64,000 nt of DNA, taken from Takakia lepidozioides (lineage: Eukaryota; Plantae; Bryophyta). Positions within the stretch are counted from its first letter, which is position 1, and every line of letters begins with the position of its first letter. The DNA lies in contig CM060731.1 of assembly GCA_030704615.1 (NCBI GenBank), forward strand, positions 2,852,001 through 2,916,000. Reading direction: 5' to 3'. This document shows, piece after piece, positions 11,477-23,329 of this stretch. The notes beneath the pieces are model-generated. The model had not been told where the DNA came from. It made no database searches and was given only the letters and a program-made list of their open reading frames with translations. A program made the position numbers and the translations under genes.

Positions 11477-14400
11477 ACAAAGGGTGTATAGTTAGGGGTA
11501 TTATTTGGTTTTTTATTGGGTACCCTTGAATTACATAATTTTATAATACGGGCTTTTTGTAGACACCCTATTTTGAATTATAAAAAATACTAGATTCTTT
11601 TATTAACACCCAAATTTACTTTAAAGTATTATATAAAGTTATGTATGGTTTAATCTTAATCCTAATCCTAAACTAGCTATTAGAGTAAGACAAATCGCTA
11701 CCTCCTCATAAATCCATCCAGCTCATACTTCATCCATAGTCACCTACTTACGTTCATCCACCCAGGGGAATCATAATGGTGAAGGGTATCCTAACTCCAC
11801 AACCCCCATTTTTTTTTTCCTTCCCATCTGTTCTTTAAAAAAAAAAATGTAACACAAAGGCAAAGATGTACCAGGCTATTTTTTTTTAAATGTAATTTTT
11901 ATAATACCACAATTTTTTGTTAAAATTAAATCTTTTAGAATTTTTATTTTTCAAGAGTTTGTTAGACCCTATATTTTATCGCACATGGTTTGGAATTCAC
12001 GCTGAGTGACTTCCCCTAGAAAGAGATTTCGATGGCAGACCTATGATCAGGTGCTTGGATCTTCCATGATAAAACCCCCAGTTTCAGATCTATGCTGTTT
12101 CAAATTTAAATTGATCTCATGACTGAGGGGAGGAAGGCCAGGATCTCATTGTGTGCAGCTCTTCCTCGAGCTTCAGATCCATGCAGGTTGCACCAGCTTC
12201 TGCATGAGTTTGATAAAACATGGGGCAAGAATGGCTTCCTCGGCTCCCCTATTTCCGACACTTCAGTGCAATGGAAAAACTCCCATGGGAAATCCCAGGT
12301 TGAAGGCGAGGATGCAGACTTCAACTGGCGCCACAAACGTGCGAGAGATTCTAAGTTTAAAGCACAGCTTAAATTTTAGAACTCATGCATTATGAAGACA
12401 GAGTAGGCTGGTCCTAGGTAGGTGTTTTTTTTTTTTTTTTTTTTTTCTTCAGTTTTCAGTTTTCATAGTTTCCCGCCCCTGTTCTGTTAAAAAAATAAAA
12501 AAATAAAAAATTGACCACATTACTAAGCAGCAGAGTGAGTCCAAGATTTTGTGCCACGGGGATCATTCCCAACAGCGCTCTTGGAACCTTCCCAACCATT
12601 TCCGCAGGTCCGTTCGGAATGCAGGGCTTTTGATTCATCCATCTCACATCCATCCGTACAACCGACTTTTGCTTTATGTGGGTTGGTGGTACGGTAACCC
12701 TCGTTTGCGATTGGGTGTCAGGGAAAAATAAAATAAAATAAAGGATTGATAGGCGTGATTAGTGGACGAAACTGTGTACATCCATCCACACCATAAGTAT
12801 TATTCATCCATCCAGCAGACGTTCGTCCATCCAATCGCGTTGCGTAGTTTCGCGCGTGCGGGGGGGCTCAGTCGTCGTTCATGGGTCTCTCGCTGCGTGG
12901 TGCCTCGTGTTTCCCCTGCACCTTCAACGAGGCAGACCTGCTGCGAAGCTGTGACTTTCTTGGAGGATTTGACTGCGGAGTTGGGGTTTTGAGCAGGGTT
13001 TTGCGGGGGATGTGAAGAAGAGGGGATTGGAGGTGAAAAAGCTTGGACATTTTCAGATGTTTGGGTATCTTCGCAGTGGAGGCCCACACCCATCGATTGT
13101 CGGTACAGAGGTGGGGTTGCGTGAAAGAGGACTGGGGATTGAGGTGGAGAGGGGCTGAAGAGCTTCGAAAAGCGGTGCTGGAGCAGATATAGTCGTTAAT
13201 TCTTCCCCGCCGGGCTGAAACTTGGTGTTTGCATCCCCGGGCCTGTCCGGATGTCGTGTATTTGGTGCTTACGGCGCAAGCCAAAAGTGGGGAACATCAG
13301 TGAGAACGGGAAAGAGAATTCCGGTAAGCGTTGGGTTCTGTCCTGCTCTTCAAATTTGGCAGAAATGGGGGAAGGGCTGACAATTTGCAGGGACTGGAGA
13401 GACATGCCGAATGCCTTTGAGTCAATTGTCCTTGATGTATTTTTAGCTTAGCTGAAGGTTTGGGATTGGTTTCGTGCCCTTCATGGCAGCTCCCACGATC
13501 GTTGGCTTGCGCGTTGGAGTAAAACTTTTGTCGGAAGATCTTCTTCAAGAGGGGCATATGGATCTTCCATCTAGCTGTCGATGGAGAAAACTGAGCTTTC
13601 TTGTCAGAAGGCCACCAAATATCTTAGCCTTTCTGGTTAAATAGTCTTTGTCCTCTTTGTCCATGTTCTGTGACTTGGACTCTCCATGTTGCAACACCAA
13701 GCTAGTATGCTGTTGTTAGCCGAATCCATACCACTTTTTATCAAGATATCCTAAAGCTGCAGCAGATATCCAGTAATATTTGGTACTCTTCCGCAAGAGG
13801 AAGTGTTGGTGTGGTATATAGCGGGTCCTCAAAGGGTTGAGGTGGAGTCATTGCACGGGGTTAGAAGATGTTGGCTGGGTGAACCTAGCCTGCACATGAA
13901 TGGAGCACATCCTCCATGCTCTTTGGAGGAGGGCAATTAATGTGGGAGCTTGTTTCTCTGCCTCACTGCAAGGAACAGTGCACTTACTACAGAGCCAATG
14001 TCAAGAAGCAAGTAGCAGCACGCCACAGTAAAGGAAGGAAACATTTGTGCTATTCAGCTGTCAATCCTGTGCATCTTGTCTTGTTTCATCCCATGCAGTA
14101 ATCCGTCTTCCAACATGCACTGCTCCACCACAAGCAGGGTGTGCGAACTTCCACCATGCAAATGCCAAGCCAACAGAGTATCAAAATTTAGAATTAATTT
14201 GAATTCCTTACGAAGCAGAGCTGCAATTGCAACATCTTGTGGAGATGTGCCCATTTGCATCCTTAATTTGGTTACAAGGGTTTAGGGTATTGGAATGATA
14301 TCAGCAGCTGTCACCTTTAAGGGCCCTTCACAAGCCGGAGTTAATTGCTCCCTGCATCTCTTTGGGTGTTACAGCAGGATCTTAAGCCTTTAGTTGAGCA

Positions 14401-14696
14401 TGTTGAGTAGTTGTCTAGTTCTACAGGTCAGTTCTCCATGTTGGTTTATTGATGGGAGTTCTTGAATGTCGGAAGTTATTTATGCTGAGAACCTTTAATT
14501 GGACATTTTTTTGATTAACAAGAGGGGTGGCAGAGAGTGATTCATGATGCCTACATCAAGCCTTAATTGCTGCTAAGATACAACTCCCTTTTTGGGAGCT
14601 GTACTCTATTTTTCTACTATGTTGCACGGTTTGTCCAAGTCTGTGCATGGATATGTAATTCTAACGCTATTGTATTGGCCGGGGTGTGTCACACAG

Positions 14697-17600
14697 CAAA
14701 TTCAGACTTGAATGCTTCTCAGGAAGGGTCCTCATCTGCAAGTAACCTGGGTTCCAGTTCATTCTCTTCACATCATGGTTTACAACATAAGCCTACGGGA
14801 GCATTAACATTCACCATGGCTGAGCTGAACAGAGTCACATCTAATTTTGCTGAGTCACACAACATTGGGCAAGGAGGGTTTGGTACTGTCTATCGAGGCA
14901 AGCTCAGGGACGGTAGAACTGTTGCCATCAAACGTGCCAAAAAGGTACCCCTGTTCTGTTGGTCTATACAACATTGGCCTGGTGGTGCAAAGACAGATGA
15001 TGAGAGGCATAACTAAGGGTGGAGTGAGGCTTGTCTATGTATATGGGAGAGGAATTCTCATGTGCTAGTAGAGTTGATGTCCAATTTTGTGCTGATTCAG
15101 GGTTGCATGGATGCCATTTATTGAGTGCAAACATCTCCTGTTTTGTGGGTCCTGTCTCTCCTTGTGCTTGGAATGAATCCCAGTTGGATTGAGGCTGACA
15201 TGGTTATCTCGTCCCCTTCACAAAACCTTCAAGATCTGGAGACAGAGCAGCATCCCACTAATTTGGTGTGGTGGATGGCAGGAAATGTTTGAGACAAGGC
15301 TATCAGTTGAGTTTCAGAATGAGGTTAACATGCTATCCCAGGTGGACCACTTGAATCTGGTGAAGTTGATAGGTTACTTGGAAGAAATGAATGAGCGTGT
15401 TCTGGTGGTGGAATACGTGCCCAATGGCAACCTTCGGCAGCATCTTGATGGTACACTCTCTGCAGATGTATCCATGAATTGGAAACATTGTTTACTTGCT
15501 CTCTCTCTCCCTCTTTCTGTACAAGGATCAATGGGCAAGGATCTGTGCATAAGATCTTGTGCTCATCATGAACGTTATGATTTTTTCTTTGTGTTGTCTC
15601 TCTGTCTCTGTCTCTGTCTCACTTCTAGAACGTGCTTGTTTGTCTTCTTTATTTATTCAATTGAAGGAAGGACTAAGCCACCATTCTACTGCAGTGTCAA
15701 GGCTTGCACATTCCTGCAAGGAAACGATAGGAAGAAGCTCTGATTCCCAGTTGTTTGGATCCAGGCAAATAGATCCTGGCCTGAAGAGCAAACCGAAGAT
15801 CTGCAGATCTTCACTCATGAGCACCAATAGTGCAACTGAAGATAGTGGTGGAACCCAAAATGGTTCCTACAAAAGACTCCAGGCTGTCCTTTCCGCGATC
15901 CTTTGGGACTCCTAAACTTTCTTTTGGAATCAAGAGCTTCCTCAGGGAGACTTCGTGCAGGGTCCATACCTGTTAGAGCCACTCTCTGTGTCTACTTTGT
16001 TCCATGCCCCCTATGGATGCTCTATTTTCTTTCTCTCTCCGCATGACCGCAACAGACTCATTCAGAGAGAGCTTATGGAATTACATGTCAAGAGAACTTG
16101 GATGCTACCCAATCTCACGATAACGCTCCACTTCTATCGAGAGACATTCTTGGTGCTCCGCGATGATAGAATCTTGAGACCAAATTACCTTTCAGCACCC
16201 TTATCTCCTTCCCTCTTGAGGGCATTGGGGCGGTTCAGGGTGGGTTCCCACAACCTACGGATAGAGACTGGCAGATGGGAAAACCTGCAACGGGAGGACC
16301 GTCTATGTCCAGCTTGCATAGGGCGCAGCAAGGAAATTGAAACTGAAGAACACTTCTTCTTCTACTGCCCTCTATACTACAAGATCCGTGGGAGATTTCA
16401 CTGTTTATTCAGTGGAACCCAAACTCTCACTGATGTCTTTCACTATGAGGATCAAAAATGCGTGGCAGCCTACCTACACGAGGCCTTCACCCTTAGACAA
16501 TCGCTAGAACATTAATTGTGGTTTCTGGATTTGTTCCTCTCTCATGTTTTCTTCCATTTTGTCCCATAAGCTCTACGAGCTTTCCGCGGACGTTATAAAG
16601 CACCATTTCATTTCATTTCATTTCATTCTCTCCTTCTCACACACACATGGATGAAATGCCTCCTGGTAGTCTGCCTGGAAGTGGTGAACCCACTTGTCTT
16701 CTTTATAGAACATCTATACCTCCAAGACTGGCCGGATTGGGACTTTATTTTAAGCAGTATTATAGTGCCACTAAGGGTGCTTTCTCTTTCATTGAACTGG
16801 CTGAGAGTTCTCACGCCAAATGGCTGCTTGGCAAGGGAACAAGGATTGGATGTCTAATGACGTAGTCTTTGTGGGTTGGTACAGGCTGTTATGGTGTTTT
16901 CCTCAACATGAGTAAAAGATTGGATATAGCAATTGACATTGCACATGCGCTCACTTATCTTCATTATTATGCTGGTAATTCTTATGACTTGCAGCTAGCA
17001 ATATTGTTTTTTCCACTTAACTAATTCGCTTACTCTGCATCTTCATATCCCATGTAGTTTATCTATTAAACTTACCTGGTGCAATCGGGAAAAATTGTTC
17101 GGTTTCTGAAGTCCTGTTTGCTGGTTAACTTGGTTTGTGCAGATAAACCGATCATCCATAGGGATGTGAAGTCTTCAAATATCTTACTCACAGACACGTT
17201 CCGTGCAAAGGTGGCTGATTTTGGGTTCTCTCGAGTGGGCCCATCAAGTGATATTGGGGCCACCCATGTCTCCACTCAAGTGAAGGGCACCGCAGGTTAC
17301 TTGGACCCAGAGTACCTGACTACATATCAACTGACGCTGAAGAGTGACGTATACTCGTTTGGCATATTGCTAGTAGAGCTGTTCACTGGGAGGCGCCCTA
17401 TAGAGCTAATGAGGCCCAGTGACGAGCGGGTCACAGTGCGATGGGTATGAGCCATGAATATTCATCTCTCTCTCTCTCTCTGATTTTCATGACTGGATGT
17501 CTGTTGTAGCAAGCTGTAGAAACTATTCCAGTTCTTAGGATCATGTGCAGAATCTCGGTGGAACTTCCAGCCTGTATCATCCCCTTGTCATTACCCCTTG

Positions 17601-18041
17601 CTTTCCAGGCCATTCAGTTTCATTGCTCTCAGGAGTTGCGAGTCTTACCAAGGCTTGTCCAGGAATGTCGGCCCTCTCTCCACTTTCAAATATTAAATAC
17701 ACTTATCAGTGTTGGTTGATTGGTGGCAGGCATTCAAGAAGTTTGTGGAGGGAAAGCTGATTGAGATTCTTGATCCAAAGATAGAGAGGACACCACCTAC
17801 AATAACAGTAATGGAGCCGTTATTTGAGCTGGCTATTTCTTGTGTAGCTCCCACAAAAGGGGACCGGCCTAGCATGAAAAAGGCATCAGAAGTGTTGTGG
17901 GACTTGCGAAAAGATTTCCAGTCAGCGACTCAGCAAGCCGAGAATGTCAAGGCTGAGGGCCTAAAATCCACTACATCTGATGCAACTTTCAAAACACGCG
18001 TCAATAAAGATCAACCTCTGAGACGGCATAGTACAAGTTAG
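14697..18041 (+). CDS. Receptor-like cytoplasmic Ser/Thr kinase, CRCK (RLCK-IV)-like; first exon(s) not resolved
   Basis: Exons 14697-14944, 15282-15450, 16885-16974, 17143-17444, 17730-18041 are in consistent phase. Motifs [66 protein letters not shown]. Confidence 0.9.
15620..16627 (+). mobile_element. 5'-truncated LINE (second family, RTEX/L2-like C-terminus) inside a kinase intron
   Basis: ORF 15955-16515 has [16 protein letters not shown]...RLCPAC...[13 protein letters not shown], a LINE C-terminal zinc-binding region. It is followed by a short 3' UTR and a (CATTT)4 tail at 16604-16627. The 5' boundary is approximate. Confidence 0.85.
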
Positions 18042-18524
18042 TGGAGTAATTCAGCAGGTTTGTCTTTTTTATCACTTTGGAGTAGAGCTTGAGGTAGTAC
18101 CCTCTAAAATACCTGCTATTGTGACCTTTATAGGGGCTGCAGTATAATTGAATGTGTATGGGCTCGGATTGTGCTGCCAAGGAGTTTGTCCTTCCAACCT
18201 ATATCAAGCTGGAAAATTTGGCCAAGACAATACTGGATGTGATATCTTCATGTGCTTTGATTGGTGACATGCAGAGCTCGTCCGCAAAGCTGGGGTTGTA
18301 AAGTGTTAATATGCAGAACATCTTATCAAAAGTGTAGTAAGTTGATCTTTAGGTGGGTCTGCTGGGTGAGATACAGGAAAAAATGATGAGGGACGTGGTT
18401 ATTGTCCTTAAGGTGAGGTATTTCGAAGCTGAAGATGCGAGAGATGGTGCTTTGTTAGGATTGTATCTCCAACTGTCATTGCCTTTGTCAAGGAGATGGT
18501 TAATGGCTTGATTGTGAAAATTTC

Positions 18525-18850
18525 ACCTGCGTGGACTTGATCTGAACTTTGAATTAGGTGAAGTCCTGGCCGAGGCGCCTCTCTCATGAGGGCGGAGTCC
18601 CAGGGAAGGGGCAAAAAATCCAGGAAAGACCAAGGGCCAGGATTTTACCTGTCCTAAAGACGGCTGTGGATATCTGACTCGTGTCCGGGCCCCGGGGCAG
18701 AATTCCATAATCTGCAATTACAGCCCTCCGACCCGGGCACAAACTGGTAGTCAGGTACGGGGGAAATTCCTGTCTGGGAAGCCCTGATTTTAACAACGCC
18801 AAAATTAGGTCAGGTCTTTACGAAATTAGATCAGGTCATCCCCTGCAAGT
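18525..18850. mobile_element. Possible GC-rich MITE
   Basis: Left end acctgcgtggacttgatct resembles the reverse complement of the right end (acttgcaggggatgacctgatct). Imperfect match, no TSD. Confidence 0.3.
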
Positions 18851-18919
18851 ATACTAGCTTGTGGTGGAGTTTGGGTAGCTTGAGGTGGGAACTTTCCAGC
18901 AGTGTATTTGTATGTTAAA

Positions 18920-19490
18920 CTTTTTACTAATAAGATTATGTTTGCCCTAGCCTTATGGCCATAGACCCTGTGCCCAGTTTGGGCGGAACAATAGGGACCT
19001 GAAACTACCTTTGTGAGGGCCTCACTCCAGTACTATGACTTACCTTGATGCAAACAATTAGTTTGGGCTTTCCAGATATCCTCTAGGAAGCCCTTCACCC
19101 AAGCATCAATCTGCTGTCTGTGAGCAACCCAAAAGCTAGACCCCAACAGGGCCAGGGCTTTAGGTGAGCCTCAAAATTTTGAAAGTTGGTGAACAGAGGT
19201 GCCGAGACAATGTTCTTGATTGTCCTGAAGACGGTCTCTCTCTGGTGAGAATATTATCCCGGACAATGTATCAGTTGATGGATATTGCCTTAAGGTTGCC
19301 TGCACATCAGGCATTACACACTCCTATTCCTCTCTGCATCTTTTTATTGTTCAAAGGTAGGCCTCCCGCCGAGTTTAAATTTCAGTCTAGTGCAAAGGGT
19401 AGGTAGGCCCTTGAGATCCTCCTTGAGGTCCTTGCCCATGTCACAGACTGGAAACAAGCTCAGGGAAGCTATATGCCTAACTTCATTTTC
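18920..19490 (-). mobile_element. 5'-truncated 3' fragment of the PTOX-intron LINE family
   Basis: Colinear with 35700-36270, sharing tccagatatcctctag, aagcatcaatctgctgt, gagtttaaatttcagtctagtgc and cccatgtcacagactggaaacaag. Confidence 0.9.
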
Positions 19491-19710
19491 ACCGGCCAGG
19501 CTGGTATGTTAAACATGAGTTAAAAGTGGCAGCACCTTCGAAACCAGGGATTTATATATAAACAACTGTCAGTTCACACCAGCACACTGTCAAACGTTTT
19601 GAGCTGTGGAATGGTAGGAATGCTGGATTGTTGGGTGCAGCCATTGATGGTGTCGCCTGAAAGAGCTGGTGCTAGAGACCAAGCGAGATATACAAGCTGG
19701 CCTACTAACA

Positions 19711-19995
19711 TGAGATGCAAAACGAAAATGCGACGCCGCTTTTCTGTTCCACTGTTTCATGACTTTCATCCAGTATGGAAATAAATTCGGTGTCGCATTT
19801 CCATTCTAGGCAGCGTTCAGTTGCATCCAAAACGGAAATGAGGTTTCATGCCTGAGATGCAAAACGAAAATGCGGCACCATATTTCGTTCTACTGTTGCA
19901 TGCCTTACATGTTGGACGGAAATGCAGCGCCACATTTCCGATCCGGAAATTCGGAAGGTACACCTTGGACAGAAATATGGTGCCGCATTTCATGA
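19711..19995. repeat. Cluster of direct and inverted ~20-bp motifs just downstream of the GAD stop codon
   Basis: TGAGATGCAAAACGAAAATGCG occurs at 19711 and 19853. AAATGCGGCACCATATTTC (19868) has an exact reverse complement at 19972, plus three degenerate copies. Confidence 0.8.
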
Positions 19996-20055
19996 TTTAC
20001 AATCACATGTAGAGCCTGGACAGCCACTGCTTGGTTGTTGCAAGATTTGCTCCAG

Positions 20056-23000
20056 CTAGCAAACGGCATTGGTTTTGTGCAGGGAGTGCTTCTTGAACAC
20101 GTTGAAGTGCCCCAATTTATTCAGATATTCATCAAACACGGAAACCTTCTTAACGTCTTCGGGTGCCATTTCGTGCGGCGCTCGTCTCTCCTCCTTCACA
20201 GCCTCCTCCACCGCTTTCACTACTGCGGCAGGGTGCCTATCCAAGTATTCCAAAGTCTTTCTCAAATCTGCCGCAAACCGGTCCGCAAGAGAGCGGCTAA
20301 AATCCTCTCTGATCACCACTCGCAGAAGTTTGATATGCTGAGCGTTAGGGGCCATGGTGTAGGCTGGAACGATCCACCCATGCCTCCGCAAGGCACCAGA
20401 GATTTCATACTCGTCATACTTACTCCTATCTTTCAATGAGAAGGCAACAAGAGGGACGCCCATTGGTTTGGAAAGGATTTTGAATTTGCCCGTGTTGGTA
20501 AGAGCTTCGGTCAAGAGATTCGCATTGCTTGTGCAATTTGCCATCACATTCTTATAGCCCTGACCCACCATCATCGAACCCAAACGTAAGTTAGTATTTC
20601 ATTTGAACACTTAAAAGTGTCCAGTCAACCAAGATTGCCTGCAAGAAACCAAGATTGCCTTAGTTCCTGAAAACTTCACCAAAGTACTCCTGCAATATCT
20701 AGTACACAGCGTGGGAGGCCAGGAACTGCAAGGAGAGAGAGAAAAGGAGAGAAAGATTCGCAACAGACATACCTCAAAGCCTAGGCGGATAAGTTGGTAA
20801 TATTGGGCAATAATTTGGCTGGCCCCTGCACCCCACAAGAATCTTTAACTTTATCTTGAAATGCCTGATTGTCCAACCTTCTGTTTCCGTTGCTATTCTC
20901 TCTTCTTTCTTCTGTTTTAATGCAAGGTCGACTATTATGGCCTTGAGGGCATGATCAGGGTGGGATGTACATGGTACTAATCCTCCTATAAAATCTTGGC
21001 ACACTGTGAGAATTGACAACGGGCACTAACTTTGATATCCTACGAATCAGTATATTAATGTACTTCGAATGCATCATTGGACAACAGTTGTGCCAGTCTC
21101 GCTATGTATGTGTATGCACACAACTTGAAAGACGAAGTGATTGTGCGACTGGCCAAAAACCACAAAGCCACAAACCTTTGGAAAAGTTGAGGGTAAAGGT
21201 GGGTTGGTCTCCCCCAAGGTAGTTGACATGGAAAATAAGGTCTTCAGGAAGGTCCTCTCTGGAACGCCAAATCGCCCACCCTATGCCAGGATATACCAGA
21301 CCGTATTTGTGTCCGCTGACGTTGATGCTCCTCACAAGGGGCAGCCGGAAATCCCATTCCAGATGTGGGTATAGAAATGGTGCGATGAAACCCCCACTTG
21401 CAGCATCCACGTGAATTGGAATGTTCCACCTTCATATACAAACCAGCATAACCCACCAAGCTAAGCAGAGGTTTTGAACACATTGGCCGATGTAGTGAGA
21501 AGTGAGGTTTTCCAATAGCTGTTGTGATCCATGAAAGGAAAGGACTGTGCTACCTCCCCGTTAATCTCAAACCCAAGAGCATAGATGAACACATACAAGC
21601 TGTTTAAAAAAAATCTGCAACGGATGTCTAAGATTACCACAAAGTTGATGTGTCATACCCCATTTCCTTGTTCTTCTTTTCCAACAAGTAATTCAACGCC
21701 CTAACATCTTCGAATTCACCATTGTAAGTTGAACCGAGAATGGTAGCCACACAAATTGTGTTTTCATCACAAAGCTCCACTGCCTTTTGAGGGTCCATGA
21801 CATAGTAATCTTCCCTCAGCTTCACGTCCCTCAACTCCACTTCAAAGTAGCGCCCAAACTTCTCCCAGCATACCTGTGCACTCATCCTAGAAATGTTAGT
21901 AACGGAGATTCAATGGCATGCACATGAATGCCTACTTAATGTCTCCTTTCCCTCGAGGTACTGACGCACACAGGTCCAACATTTTCCATATGTACGTATG
22001 ACGGTGAATCCATCCCTAGTTGATCGAGAGAGAGAGCTCTCCTAGCATGACTCATGTTATAAACCCGGGAAACTGAAGAATACATCACTGACGAAAGTGC
22101 TCACACCAGCACCAGCGACTTGACTTGTTGATCCTTGTGGCCAGACCCCACAGAGCCAGCGAGCGAGAGAGTGAGAGAGATTACCTGGACATTGGCACCA
22201 GCTACGAAGTTGGGTTTGTCATAAGTCAAACCTGCAGCCTTGCGCCTCGCTTGCCATTTTCTCTTGCAGGCCAACCCCGCCAGCATGATTGCCTCCGATG
22301 AACCCACTGTGCTAACGCCCATCGCCTGTTGACCATCCTCCAGAGGCGCATTGAAGAGTCGTGCTATAATATTCACACACCGGTCCTGCATACATCTCCA
22401 GTCCCATCTAACTGTCATTCGTCTAGCTAGCTTACAGTGCCATGTATTGTCGCTCTACTTCGCACTTTCTAGCTCATTGTCTCGCACATCCTGAATGCAT
22501 CGGAGGATCTCATATCATCTCATCTTGTGCATGCACGCACAAAATAATAATTCACGCAGTTATACATTTCCACGGTGCTCCTCTTCTCAAGATTCTCAAC
22601 TCCATTGCCAATTAAACTGCTGCCCTCTCCATCATCTTCCTGTTCAAAAGTTTCGTGCAGCTGTGTATACCTGTATGTCAGCAGTGACCGGGTACTCATC
22701 GATGTCGATGTAGTTCTTGTTCAAGGAGCCCATGATCAGTTTGTCGCACTCAGGTTCCATCCACGTGTTCACGAACGATGCCAGATTCAAGCGCGGGTTG
22801 CCATCCAACATCAACTCATCGCTGATCACCTGGTACGCCACCTCTTTCGGAGCCTCCTCGGCTGGGAGACGCCATCTGCAACCCACCAAGCACACAACAC
22901 TCATCAAACAATCTCTAGTCCTGACCGCTCTTGATCCTCTCTTGATATAATCTTGAAGCTTGTGTTGTCGGAAGATTGATCACTCATGTGCTCTGGACAC

Positions 23001-23145
23001 TCAAGACGCTTGTAACTAGTAACATTTCATGATACTCCAAGTCTTGCAGAACAACAATTTTGCAGCTCAAACGGGCTTGGAAAGAAAGATCGGACGTGTG
23101 GGACTAGTTTGAAGGCAGCAGGACAATGATCCACTGAGATTGAAC

Positions 23146-23189
<44 letters not shown>

Positions 23190-23329
23190 CCAGAAAATGA
23201 AAGAAAGGGAGATTGAGTGGGCCAAGAGAAGTTATAGAACCGGAGGAGCGGCCTCTGCATATAGCGCGAAGCAAACATGTGGGAGACAAGCTCGTGGGCC
23301 TCCTTGTCCTTGCAAAAAGTGATAACCAT
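20056..23329 (-). CDS. GAD: Glutamate decarboxylase (PLP-dependent), 7 exons
   Basis: Motifs [85 protein letters not shown] (PLP lysine), [25 protein letters not shown]. Introns have GT-AG ends. Confidence 0.97.
23149..23184. repeat. (GA)18 microsatellite in GAD intron 1
   Basis: Directly visible perfect dinucleotide run. Confidence 0.95.

Noticed and set aside
11650-11675. Interstitial telomeric repeat
   Set aside because: Only three to four degenerate TAATCC-like units.
13998-14140. Kinase first exon with stop-codon readthrough (ATG...TAG...ILSCFIP)
   Set aside because: No phase-compatible donor was found; the true 5' exon cannot be determined without transcripts.
19711-19995. CRISPR-like array
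   Set aside because: The repeats are in mixed orientation and irregularly spaced, in eukaryotic DNA with no cas genes.
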